A DNA stretch of 64,000 nt, from the IMG/VR virus record IMGVR_UViG_3300022305_000561; one strand, given 5' to 3'. Below are positions 47,591 to 57,220 of this stretch, piece by piece. Position 1 is the first letter of the stretch. Each line of letters opens with the position of its first letter. The stretch is from a virus. Lineage: Duplodnaviria > Caudoviricetes. A program made the position numbers and the translations under genes. Under the pieces are notes generated by a model, which saw only the letters and a list, made by a program, of their open reading frames with translations, did no database searches and was not told the DNA's origin.

Positions 47591-48211
47591 TTAATCCCAT
47601 AACCCCTGATAATAAGTCCCCATCAACCTAAACCCATTTGACATTCTTTTTTGATGTTTGGCCATCCCATCCCAGTCATATTCTCTAGTATGGTTTGGAC
47701 CATTTATCATTTCTGAATTGCCATTATCTAGTTTTTTCCACTGAATGTCTGCCATGCCTGTCTTATATTGTTCGTCCCACTCAATTGAATACTGAGTGAA
47801 TGCCCAAATCATTTCATCTAATGCCCAATCCCATCTTAATTGCCAATTAGCATCGGTATCCCATTCATTTTCTTTTTCTGGCGCGGAGGTTGATCTCAGC
47901 CCTTCGGGTACATCTATATCATCAACGCCTGGAGCACCGTGCTTCTGTTCTTTCAGTTTGATTAACATTGGTAGGATTATCATGCCCAAAGTATGATCCA
48001 TTGACCACACATCAAAGTTATCAATCTTCACATACTCAATTCGTGGATGTATTTTATCTAGAAATCCCGCGAGGTGTTGACACAATGATGTCAACCATTT
48101 GGGAGGTTCCGTATCATATATTTCATCCTCGGTCTTCCAGAACAAAACTTTTTTCATTATGGTGAACCCGCTTAACCAATGGTTGCGATAGTTACTTATA
48201 TATACTTTCAT
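47591..48211 (-). CDS. Conserved phage protein
   Basis: MKVYI..Y, VKID..D.WSMD.TL..II.PML..LK..KHGAP.VD, RWDW.LDEMIWAF. Confidence 0.7.
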   Translation of the reverse strand: MKVYISNYRNHWLSGFTIMKKVLFWKTEDEIYDTEPPKWLTSLCQHLAGFLDKIHPRIEYVKIDNFDVWSMDHTLGMIILPMLIKLKEQKHGAPGVDDIDVPEGLRSTSAPEKENEWDTDANWQLRWDWALDEMIWAFTQYSIEWDEQYKTGMADIQWKKLDNGNSEMINGPNHTREYDWDGMAKHQKRMSNGFRLMGTYYQGLWD

Positions 48212-48807
48212 TATGAAACTCCTTTGTTGAAATCAATTGCCATTTGTTTAGCATCTGCTAATGTTTCTGCCGTCCATTCCCCTCTGCCATATTTCTCTGG
48301 ATAAGGAGTGAAATTATTGTGAGTATAATCTCTATCAGCACCGATAAATGTGGTTTTTGTAACTAACATAAATCCAAGTTGATCGTCCTGAATATAATCA
48401 TCCTGCCTGGAAAGCAATACAGTAGTGCAGGTGATATCAGGCGATTCACATTCCCGCCAAATATCATCATCAACATCATAGAAATTCAAAGTATATTGAA
48501 CCAAGTCTTCTTTATTAAAAGGAGAATAAGCACAATCGCCTTTACTTACTTTAGAACCAACACCAAATCCATAGATTGCTCTATGGCTTCAGCTATACCA
48601 CTTCTGTTCTGATGGACTGAATCCAGTTCCGTGTCGCAATTCCTCAAGGATTCCTCTCTCGACTAAATGGGCAACATCATCTTCCAAGCCGACTCTGGTG
48701 ATATAACTGTCATCAAACTTTGAATAGTAAATTAATCCATCATCTTCTGGTATTGTAGATGGTCCACTATATGCTACCAATTCTAAATATTCTTCATTTG
48801 TCATCAT
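48211..48807 (-). pseudogene. Conserved phage protein interrupted by an in-frame TGA
   Basis: GFSPSEQKWYS*SHRAIYGFGVGS continues in frame into ORF 48211..48504. Confidence 0.6.
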
Positions 48808-49097
48808 TCACCCCTTCTATCATCAATGGGTATGCAATAAGTCTTCTAATTATAAGATTGATTGGTGCTAGTTCTCTTCCTTTATATTTCATCAGTTGTC
48901 CCCAAAATGTTCGTTTACTTTCTTTACGGCATTATCAGCGCACTCCCAATCACTATGAAACGACACTTCATCTCTAACAATACTCATCAGATCTCAAGGT
49001 GGTGAATGCATTCCTGTATTGAGGGTAGAACATTTCTTTTGCCACTGGGTTGCCGCTACATTGAACCTCAAAAGTCATGTAGGATATAACTCTATAC

Positions 49098-49367
49098 TCA
49101 TCCATCACACAAGGCTCTCATTGGGATTGCAACATAGATATTACCATTAGCGTTGACAGAGAAGGCAACATTCTTCTCAACGATATCACCAGATTCTCTG
49201 AATATAATTCTTGCTCCAACATAAGAGTTACCATTCTTTCTTAAGACTGAGCTAGTAACAATCGCACTGATATAGTTACCTTCTTCAACCATTTCAACTA
49301 AAGCATCCGATACTAAATCAGTTGCTTTTTGTAGTATATTTCCACGACTTAGGTTATTAATATTCAT
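49098..49367 (-). CDS. Hypothetical protein
   Basis: ORF track. Confidence 0.5.
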   Translation of the reverse strand: MNINNLSRGNILQKATDLVSDALVEMVEEGNYISAIVTSSVLRKNGNSYVGARIIFRESGDIVEKNVAFSVNANGNIYVAIPMRALCDG

Positions 49368-49665
49368 CGTCACTACCATCAACCTTCGTTACAAAGGTAT
49401 CAAACTTCTTTTCATCTGTCCAAGTGTGGCAATACTCATTATCTTCATCACACAACATAATCATTTCATGTTTAGTGATGATTCTGGACGATACAATAGT
49501 CTCGCCCAATGATAGCTGAGAAAACTCCCTAGCTTCGTCCATCACAACAGTATCATCAGCCCAACCCATTTTGCCAACTGGCACTTCAACAACATATCGA
49601 GTGCGATATTGTTGGATTGCTTCTACCAATACTAGTTGGGTTTGTTCTGTCATTTCAGCACTCAT
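49357..49665 (-). CDS. Conserved phage protein
   Basis: VLVE.I.QYR.RYVVEVP...A.D.V...EFSQ..LGE.IVS.R. Confidence 0.65.
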   Translation of the reverse strand: MSAEMTEQTQLVLVEAIQQYRTRYVVEVPVGKMGWADDTVVMDEAREFSQLSLGETIVSSRIITKHEMIMLCDEDNEYCHTWTDEKKFDTFVTKVDGSDDEY

Positions 49666-49759
49666 ACACTCACCTTCCCAAAAAATGAAACGACCAACAT
49701 CACCTCAATTGCAATCACAACGACGAATCCTGTGACATAAAATATACCTTCTAGCATTT

Positions 49760-50236
49760 TCATTTTGTTACCAATACGTTAATAGTGTTTAGAAAAATAG
49801 CAAGTCCTGCTGGGACATCGCTGGTAGTTTTGTTTGCAATCTTCTGAGCTGTAAGGATTGCATCTTTATACCTAGGTAGGTACAAGCACATAGAGATGTT
49901 ATGGTTTGCGTTGTAATACGTCACACAGAAGTTTCTATATTGTTCAACCTCAGGGAATACTGTTTGAACTTCAAAATGTAGGCGATGCAACTTATCTTCA
50001 ATCGCTTTGGATGCTTCAACGAAACAGTTTTGTTGGAAGATGATATGCTCAATCTCAAGTGCTTCGATGAATACTTCTCCGTGGTTGAGGTTACGATATC
50101 CCCAAGCCTTTGCCATCTTGTGTTTGATGAAATACGATTTGACTTGATTGATGATTGATACGGAGGCTACCACCTCTTTCTTGGATGTTCTTGATACTGG
50201 TCTACGGTTTGATACTTCTGAAGCTATTGTACTCAT
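49760..50236 (-). CDS. Hypothetical protein
   Basis: ORF track. Confidence 0.55.
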   Translation of the reverse strand: MSTIASEVSNRRPVSRTSKKEVVASVSIINQVKSYFIKHKMAKAWGYRNLNHGEVFIEALEIEHIIFQQNCFVEASKAIEDKLHRLHFEVQTVFPEVEQYRNFCVTYYNANHNISMCLYLPRYKDAILTAQKIANKTTSDVPAGLAIFLNTINVLVTK

Positions 50237-50238
50237 AA

Positions 50239-50583
50239 TCAATTCTCAAATTTTTTGTTTTCAGTATTAATGGTGTCCCAGAAATATTCATTATCTCTTG
50301 GGCAGTATTTTTCGACCAATGCAAGTTGCTCTGGCGTTGTTGGTAATTCAGTTCCATCTGATAATTGTAAAGTGGCTTTAAGAACTGAGATGTCTCCAAT
50401 CTCAGCCCATTCTGCTGGTTGAGTCCAAGTCTGTTCAACGTACTTGCCGTACACATAAAACTCTACTTCCCAGTAGATTGAATCTAATGAACCTTCTTCA
50501 AGATTCAATAAAGTTTCTAGGACTGAGTATTGTTCATCTTTGATAGATGGGTTGATAATGCCGTAATATTTCACTTGACTCAT
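50239..50583 (-). CDS. Acidic hypothetical early protein
   Basis: First ORF after promoter 50618-50646. Confidence 0.6.
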   Translation of the reverse strand: MSQVKYYGIINPSIKDEQYSVLETLLNLEEGSLDSIYWEVEFYVYGKYVEQTWTQPAEWAEIGDISVLKATLQLSDGTELPTTPEQLALVEKYCPRDNEYFWDTINTENKKFEN

Positions 50584-50649
50584 TTTATATTCTCTCTTGT
50601 TTTTTAAAGTATGAGTTATTATATAACGGATAGGGGCAGAAGTAAAGCA

Positions 50650-50907
50650 TTAATCAAAATAAAAAGTTTCTACAGTGAAACCACTTTGATCATTCATCCA
50701 ACCACCATTAGGCTGTAATTCGCTGATAGTATATTCATCACCTGCCAGAACTTCCATACGGTAAATATCATCCGCATCACCGCCTATTTCTACGATAAGT
50801 TGATAATCGTTTTCTAAAAATGCAGAATACCTAAATCGGTATTTGTAATAAGAACTGAACGTGACTGTTACATCACCATATTTTTCAATAAATTCATCGT
50901 ATGTCAT
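50650..50907 (-). CDS. Acidic conserved phage early protein
   Basis: V.F.SYYKY.F, GG.ADDIYR; promoter 50941-50969. Confidence 0.6.
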   Translation of the reverse strand: MTYDEFIEKYGDVTVTFSSYYKYRFRYSAFLENDYQLIVEIGGDADDIYRMEVLAGDEYTISELQPNGGWMNDQSGFTVETFYFD

Positions 50908-50972
50908 TTTCGTTAACCCTCTTTATTTAAAGTATGAGTTATTATATAATGAATATGGTCAAAAGGAAAGCT

Positions 50973-51134
50973 TTATTTTTTGATTATAGTAAATGAACCA
51001 TCTTCATTGGCTGCCCATTTTACAGTATCGCCATCATACCACCCTAGAGATTCAACAAGCTCCTCTGGCAATCTAATCATCAAATCGTTATCTGGACCAA
51101 ACTCATAGACTTCTGATGTGTATGTCTTATCCAT
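50973..51134 (-). CDS. AbrB/MazE-like small DNA-binding protein
   Basis: Manual translation ...DLMIRLPEELVESLGWYDGDTVKWAANEDGSFTI. Confidence 0.65.
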   Translation of the reverse strand: MDKTYTSEVYEFGPDNDLMIRLPEELVESLGWYDGDTVKWAANEDGSFTIIKK

Positions 51135-51411
51135 TTAGCTTCTCCAAATCCTCTTTTAATCGTTTATGGAAAGATTCCTCGCCATCGTCTCCAGCAAGCA
51201 ACCAATCGATCCGCTGAGCATATACCAAGGCTTGCTGCAAGTGCCATACTGCAAGCTTGAACTCTTGGATGGTTTCTTCCTTGTAACCTGCCCCTTTCTT
51301 CTGTTCCCACTCATCAAGTTCTTCTGAATCGTTGTAGTATATGACGTCTACGATATCGTCTGCTATCTGATCCAGTTGATATTGCATATAATTAAATGTT
51401 CCACCCGAAAT
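51127..51411 (-). CDS. Conserved phage protein (SGG.FNY...RIDWLL.GDDGEESF), apparent ATT start
   Basis: Frame extends upstream to ATT TCG GGT GGA ACA TTT AAT TAT, with GGGGTG SD. Confidence 0.55.
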   Translation of the reverse strand: MSGGTFNYMQYQLDQIADDIVDVIYYNDSEELDEWEQKKGAGYKEETIQEFKLAVWHLQQALVYAQRIDWLLAGDDGEESFHKRLKEDLEKLNG

Positions 51412-51583
51412 AATACACCCCCACTTGGTTAAAATAAACTACAGTTTATTGGACAGTTTACTCACCATTCCAAAATGATTTAACAAATTCCATAGATAGC
51501 AGATACCATCCTCTGAATAGCCAACCTACACTTACTAATGTTATTACCATCACCACTAACATTACAATCTCTGATATGGTCAT

Positions 51584-51844
51584 CTAGCCTCCTTGATGTC
51601 TGGTTGGCACATCATTAGGGTTTCGTGCCACCGATCCACACCATTCTGATCCATCGTATTCAATTGGAAAATACACGAAGTCGTCAGTCCAAGCAGTGAA
51701 TGGTACACCCTCAGTTTGACCAAAGCCATTGTCAAATGGCGCCTCCAGTTCTTCTTTGGACAAGGTGCAAATGAGAGTAGAGCTTTTATCACCGCTGCCC
51801 AACATTGCCCCTGCTATTTCTTCCCGCCAAGTTGTGGTACTCAT
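51584..51844 (-). CDS. Conserved phage protein
   Basis: FD.GFG..EG.PFTAWT...VYFP..YDG.EW..SV.RNP. Confidence 0.65.
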   Translation of the reverse strand: MSTTTWREEIAGAMLGSGDKSSTLICTLSKEELEAPFDNGFGQTEGVPFTAWTDDFVYFPIEYDGSEWCGSVARNPNDVPTRHQGG

Positions 51845-52110
51845 TTCGTTGTCTTTTTCCAGAAAGGCATCGGCAATAGATCATCAAGAAAATCAAGCTG
51901 ATCGTACTCGACATCATCTCTTTCTGATATCTTGTTGCGTTTGAGCAACTCCCATATCGTCTGATAATGCCTTGATGTATGAGATTCAAAGAAGCAGTTC
52001 AGGAGAACATTGCAGACTTTCACGTGATGTTCGGCTAATGCCCTAGAATCAAACTCAATGCCATCTGATGTGGTGAATACAGTCTTTTCAGTTATTTCAT
52101 AGTTATTCAT
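51841..52110 (-). CDS. Hypothetical protein
   Basis: F.TSDG.EF....AE motif. Confidence 0.55.
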   Translation of the reverse strand: MNNYEITEKTVFTTSDGIEFDSRALAEHHVKVCNVLLNCFFESHTSRHYQTIWELLKRNKISERDDVEYDQLDFLDDLLPMPFWKKTTK

Positions 52111-52254
52111 CTATCTTTTCCTTGTATGTTCTCAGCAATAATATAGTTAATATGAACCACCAAGGATTCCAATTCCATATTGTTATAAGATATACAGTAC
52201 CTGCCAAAAGAGCAAGGTTGTATACAAATATTACGATAAGGAAAGGAGTTCTGA

Positions 52255-52443
52255 TCATACTGCCACCCTATGTATGCGGACTTCATACTTCATCCCTAGG
52301 TACTTCTTTTCACCTTGGGTCAACACTCTGTTGTATCCCTTGGCAGACTTCTTAGCATCCTCTTTCTTCTCAAAAGACTTCACTAGACTTCTGCCTGAAA
52401 CACCGATAGCACCAGAACAACTAAACACGCCATATTTTAACAT
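52255..52443 (-). CDS. Hypothetical basic protein
   Basis: ORF track. Confidence 0.5.
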   Translation of the reverse strand: MLKYGVFSCSGAIGVSGRSLVKSFEKKEDAKKSAKGYNRVLTQGEKKYLGMKYEVRIHRVAV

Positions 52444-52703
52444 TTTGCATTATCCTCAAATACTTTATCATAGTCGTAGTGTCCGTTCAGGAACGCATTG
52501 ACTTCATAGAAACAGCAATCACTATTAATTGCAATGTGGTATATTTGAGTGGTGTGTTTTTCACCATCTATCTCCCACTCATAGTCTTTGATCCTAGCAG
52601 CTCCAATGACTCCGTTCAATGGTTTAGTACCACCAAAATCATAGGAAACATTCATTCCTACAACTGAGTCTACATCTTTTTTCATCATTTCTTGTAAATT
52701 CAT
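52437..52703 (-). CDS. Hypothetical early protein
   Basis: First ORF after promoter 52738-52766. Confidence 0.55.
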   Translation of the reverse strand: MNLQEMMKKDVDSVVGMNVSYDFGGTKPLNGVIGAARIKDYEWEIDGEKHTTQIYHIAINSDCCFYEVNAFLNGHYDYDKVFEDNAKC

Positions 52704-52777
52704 AATATATTTTCTCTCTTTATTTAAAGTATGAGTTATTATATTATGAATGAACCAAGAAGTAAAGGTTTATTTTA

Positions 52778-53572
52778 TTATATTTCAAAATATTTCAATT
52801 CAAAAGTATCAGCAATCTTCTCATAGTTTATATACCCTCTAGGATTACATAATACCCTAGTTTCACCAATCATATAATCGTGGGCAGAATGTGTATGTCC
52901 ATGAAGCCAGACCTTTATCTGAGGTCTATCAATAATGAACTGGTCAAGGTTTGAATGATATCCACCATTCATAAGTCTATCTTCAGCATAATCCTCATGA
53001 ACACTTTGAAAACTTGGAGAGTGATGCCCAACGACAACAAACTTACCCTCTTTCTCAACAGTATCCCATATTAGGCTTAACATCTTACGATGTTCTAATA
53101 CAGCATCGTTAGGAGTAAACCTTGCCCCATCTTTCCATATGATTCTAAAGTCATTCATCCGAGTCTTCATAAACTCTTTTGTTACAGGGTCTTCACCATT
53201 CATATCAGACCAAAGAGTACCGCATATAAAGGCAGTGTCTTCGATTGTAATGACTTCTTTATCTAATATATGCAGGTTTGGGATATAGCCAAGATGTTCT
53301 CTTAGGGTATTAAGAGTTAAGTTGAATCCATAATTATAATGTTCGTGGTTGCCCATAATGTATATGACAGTTTCAAACTTAGAAGCACAATCAGAAAAGA
53401 AGTTATGAATACGTTGACTTCTAAAGAAACCAATATCATCTTTATTAAGTTCATCTAAATCCCTGACAGTGCAAATATCACCAGCAAGGATCAATACCTC
53501 AGCATCTTCTGCGTTGTCAAGAACAATCTTACCTATTTCCAAATGTAAATCTGAGCAGTAAGCAATCCTCAT
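52778..53572 (-). CDS. Metallophosphoesterase (calcineurin-like)
   Basis: SDLHLE, LAGDI, GNHEHY, HH.P, HGHTH, NPRGY. Confidence 0.92.
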   Translation of the reverse strand: MRIAYCSDLHLEIGKIVLDNAEDAEVLILAGDICTVRDLDELNKDDIGFFRSQRIHNFFSDCASKFETVIYIMGNHEHYNYGFNLTLNTLREHLGYIPNLHILDKEVITIEDTAFICGTLWSDMNGEDPVTKEFMKTRMNDFRIIWKDGARFTPNDAVLEHRKMLSLIWDTVEKEGKFVVVGHHSPSFQSVHEDYAEDRLMNGGYHSNLDQFIIDRPQIKVWLHGHTHSAHDYMIGETRVLCNPRGYINYEKIADTFELKYFEI

Positions 53573-53775
53573 CTATTCCTCGCATAGTTGTGAAATATTC
53601 TAAAGGCAAGCATCACATCTTTATCAGACAGCATATCTTCATATAAAACCTGAAGAGTTTCTTCTGTTATATTGACCATATCTTTCAAGTTAATCATTAT
53701 AGAACTGTTAGTCCTAATATAGGTTAGATTTATCCAGCCCTGATTTATATAAGATTCCCAAGCGTCATTTAACAT
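53569..53775 (-). CDS. Hypothetical protein
   Basis: ORF track. Confidence 0.5.
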   Translation of the reverse strand: MLNDAWESYINQGWINLTYIRTNSSIMINLKDMVNITEETLQVLYEDMLSDKDVMLAFRIFHNYARNR

Positions 53776-53784
53776 ATTATTACC

Positions 53785-53994
53785 TCAAAATTCATCATCA
53801 GAAAACTTTATTCCACAAGCATCAAAATCAAAATCTTCTGGGAACGCTAGGGTTTCCGCAGAGCAACCTTCATTCATCCCCCAATAATCAATATCAGAAT
53901 TCATAATATCTTCTAACCGAGATCCATCTTTGAACCAATGGATAGATGCAGAACAGTCGCCATTGTCGCTAAGTAAGGCATAAATTTTTATCAT
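53785..53994 (-). CDS. Hypothetical acidic protein
   Basis: ORF track. Confidence 0.5.
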   Translation of the reverse strand: MIKIYALLSDNGDCSASIHWFKDGSRLEDIMNSDIDYWGMNEGCSAETLAFPEDFDFDACGIKFSDDEF

Positions 53995-54230
53995 AATTCC
54001 ACCACCATAGGTGTCACCACTATTTCAATATGAGCTTGTTTGAGGACTTCACAATCATCTTCATTGACACATTTTCCAGGAGATGAAGGCATATTACCTT
54101 CAGGTATAATGATATATTCAATACCATCAACATTAGATTCTTTAGTAGCCCAATACTCATTACCAATGCAGTTAGCGTACCAGAATGTTTCTCTTTCAGC
54201 GTTTATTATTCTTATTCTAAAACCTTTCAT
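53991..54230 (-). CDS. Hypothetical protein
   Basis: WY...IG.E motif; downstream of the duplicated leader. Confidence 0.55.
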   Translation of the reverse strand: MKGFRIRIINAERETFWYANCIGNEYWATKESNVDGIEYIIIPEGNMPSSPGKCVNEDDCEVLKQAHIEIVVTPMVVEL

Positions 54231-54353
54231 ATTGACTCCTCATTTAAACATAATGTATGTATTAAGATAAAGCAACTAATCTACTTAACCCAACTACAGA
54301 TATATTATAACTCATAAATCAGTAAAAGTAAAGACTTTAGACATAAAAAAACC

Positions 54354-54545
54354 CTAGAGTTTAATTTCTAAGGTTTTTATTTTATTCAGCTTGTCTAGGG
54401 CATCTTCTATTATTCGGTTAGAATCCATCAACTTGTAGAGTATTTGGGTAGATAACTGTATAAGTTCTATTTGCTCATCGTGCTTCAAATCAGTTATTAT
54501 TGACGCATCAATTGATATTAGATTTACTTTCGGTTGAGCATACAT
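54354..54545 (-). CDS. Hypothetical protein
   Basis: ORF track; SD AAGGA. Confidence 0.5.
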   Translation of the reverse strand: MYAQPKVNLISIDASIITDLKHDEQIELIQLSTQILYKLMDSNRIIEDALDKLNKIKTLEIKL

Positions 54546-54559
54546 TATATTTCCTTAAT

Positions 54560-55060
54560 TTAATTCCCTTGTTGTAAGTATGTATATACTCCGCACTTCT
54601 TTAAAAACTTAGTCCCAACGTTATCTCTGTATTCATTCTTATAGAATACATTGATTATACCTGCACCATATATCAGTTTAGCACAATCCATACAAGGAGC
54701 GTGAGTGAGGAACATAGTTGCTCCATTACCTGATTCAGAACTACCAGCAAGTTTCAGAATGGCATTTGCTTCTGCGTGGATTACTTCAGGTTTGGTTTTC
54801 AGTCTGTAGTTGCCAACAACAGCATATCCATAATCTGAATATTCTTCTTCAGGATATTCATCTGGATGCAAGCATCCTTCAGGCATCCACTCTTTACTCT
54901 CGCAGTTGTTATCCCAACCACTCGGAGTGCCATTAAATCCAATTGATATAATTCTATTATCTTTTACAACAATAGCACCTACTTGAAGTCGTTTAGCATA
55001 ACTCATTTTGGAAACAGTTTCTGCTATCTCCATATACATCTTTTGAAATTTAATTTTCAA
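54560..55060 (-). CDS. cd: dCMP deaminase
   Basis: S.AKRLQVGAIVVK....IG.NG.P, HAEANAI, PC.DCAK; start approximate. Confidence 0.92.
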   Translation of the reverse strand: MKIKFQKMYMEIAETVSKMSYAKRLQVGAIVVKDNRIISIGFNGTPSGWDNNCESKEWMPEGCLHPDEYPEEEYSDYGYAVVGNYRLKTKPEVIHAEANAILKLAGSSESGNGATMFLTHAPCMDCAKLIYGAGIINVFYKNEYRDNVGTKFLKKCGVYTYLQQGN

Positions 55061-55260
55061 TGTAAAGTCTCCCCCGCACGTAAATCGGTACACATCTTAT
55101 CAACAAACTGTTTTACTGCAACTTCAGCAATTATATTAGCAAAGTTCTCAAGTAACTCATCAAGATCACATTCATCTGGGACTTCCATCGTACCATCTTC
55201 AAATACAGTAAATCCTGCAGCAACAGCAAACTCTTCTAACCATTCATGTTCATCATTCAT
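55057..55260 (-). CDS. Acidic hypothetical protein
   Basis: ORF track. Confidence 0.5.
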   Translation of the reverse strand: MNDEHEWLEEFAVAAGFTVFEDGTMEVPDECDLDELLENFANIIAEVAVKQFVDKMCTDLRAGETLH

Positions 55261-55502
55261 GTTCTATATTTCCACTCTTTGTTTGTTACGACTAGGAAGT
55301 TTCTTGGATGCCATCTGTTCATAATAAAATGCAATCTAGTCATATAAGCCTTGCTAGTATTAATATCAGGTATCTGTGTCATTCCCACTACTAACTCTGG
55401 TATAGTTGTGTATTTTGTAAGCATATCGGGAAATGGGTATGACTGTATGATCTTAGTGCTCATTCCATCCCTTTCTATAACATCCACCCACGGAATCATC
55501 AT
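55257..55502 (-). CDS. Hypothetical protein
   Basis: ORF track. Confidence 0.45.
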   Translation of the reverse strand: MMIPWVDVIERDGMSTKIIQSYPFPDMLTKYTTIPELVVGMTQIPDINTSKAYMTRLHFIMNRWHPRNFLVVTNKEWKYRT

Positions 55503-55605
55503 ATTTTTATCCTATTCATATTTGTCTAAGTTCCAATCATCTTCAATAATAGAAATAGCAACAGCTTCCCAGTATACGTTAGGTATGTTGCCTAAATTGT
55601 CTTGA

Positions 55606-55845
55606 TCATTTCGTTCTCAAAAAGTTTTTGTATGCCTCACGCAAGGGATACACAACAAAGAAATATAATCCACCGACTGACACTAAGGATAGTTGATACC
55701 ACACTGCGTATAAATCATAGGGTGATGGTAAGGTGAACATCAAGACTGCTGTTACCAGTTGCTGAATGAGCAACGAAGCAAACCACCAATCAAACCCTTT
55801 GATGTCGTTGAATAGCCATCCTAGGAACGCTATTTTATCTCTCAT
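55606..55845 (-). CDS. Small membrane protein
   Basis: Two hydrophobic segments. Confidence 0.5.
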   Translation of the reverse strand: MRDKIAFLGWLFNDIKGFDWWFASLLIQQLVTAVLMFTLPSPYDLYAVWYQLSLVSVGGLYFFVVYPLREAYKNFLRTK

Positions 55846-55846
55846 A

Positions 55847-56245
55847 TTATTCCCCAAAAAATGTAATGGTGGTTATCGGTTCACTTGCCTTGAAGCAGAA
55901 CGATATATCCTTTGGGATCACAACGAAATCCCCAGGAAATACATCTAACTTCAACAGTTCATCTTCATACTCAAAGTAGAATCTACCCTCTCCTTCAATC
56001 ACCATCATTCCTGTATCCACTTCATAAGCTGTATACACATTTTTGATGAGAGGAGAACAAGTTTCATCTAAACGATAGTTGAGGAAATCATACAAGCTGA
56101 TTGTCTCAGCCACAAAGGCACTAATGTTGAAGAATTCCATTCTATTGAACACTATGTCATACTTCTCTAATTCAATTCTAATAAGCATTTCATTAGAAAG
56201 AAACTGGTCCAAGCGGTCATCCTTATACTTATATAAACGTGCCAT
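55847..56245 (-). CDS. Cupin protein resembling acireductone dioxygenase (MtnD), metal His ligands absent
   Basis: VIEGEGRFYF.....L.V.PGDFVVIP. Confidence 0.55.
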   Translation of the reverse strand: MARLYKYKDDRLDQFLSNEMLIRIELEKYDIVFNRMEFFNISAFVAETISLYDFLNYRLDETCSPLIKNVYTAYEVDTGMMVIEGEGRFYFEYEDELLKLDVFPGDFVVIPKDISFCFKASEPITTITFFGE

Positions 56246-56430
56246 TAGCAATATCTATTGTATAGGTAGTTCATTCTTGCCTCAAGGTATTTGAACAGCA
56301 TAGCCCAAACCACTATCCCCATCGCAAACATAATAATCACCTCACCTGATGAGGCAGTAACTACAAAGAATGATATTGCAACAATTGCAACAATCAAATC
56401 CAACAGTAATATCAAAATTTTCTTTTTCAT
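56245..56430 (-). CDS. Small two-TM membrane protein
   Basis: Hydrophobic ORF in a run of tiny membrane ORFs (56245-56820). Confidence 0.5.
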   Translation of the reverse strand: MKKKILILLLDLIVAIVAISFFVVTASSGEVIIMFAMGIVVWAMLFKYLEARMNYLYNRYC

Positions 56431-57220
56431 CTTAGGTTCTCTGCGTTAATACATGATGCAACTTTTATTTTTTTGAAGTTGCCGTTGTCTGTTTTCTGAA
56501 ATAATGCATCTGCACAAGCATCTATTGTTGGGTAAGATGTTGTCATCACATCACCAGCAAATAATATGATTATCAATAAGAACATCCTCAATCTCTCATA
56601 TTGCAAAGTATATCAATAACATACCTGCTAATATCCATAACATAGGGGCAATTCCAGGGACGATAGAAGTTTCAATAGAACCAACTCCCCCAAAAATCAT
56701 CATAGCGCCTAGTAACATTCTGATTGAACCTTTCATTATAGACCCAACATTGTAGTAACGACTACATAGAATACGCCAAAAGTTAATGCGTACGATAATT
56801 CAATTAGATTCTTTTTCATAATATTCTCGCTTGTGTTAATTAATTTATAAGTTATTATAACTCATCTAATCTAAGAAGTAAAGGGTTTAATTTCTTTTGC
56901 CTTAACTTTTTTATAATTTGCGGCAGTATAACCTTGATTGGTCATAGACTGTTTAGCGATAGCCTCAGCTTCTGTTTTAGAATAAGCCTCTATCCCAGTG
57001 ATAGAAAATGTACCATTGGGTTTCATACTAAAATCGACAGTATATTTCATAGGATATCCAATATAGAAACTAATACAGGGATAGTGAAGAGGAACATCAC
57101 TGGGACACTTAACAACATTTCGATGGTATAATTCAACGTTTTCATAATATATTTTCTCATTTATTTAAAGTATGAGTTATTATATAACGAATAACTCAAG
57201 AAGTAAAGGTTTATTTTAAC

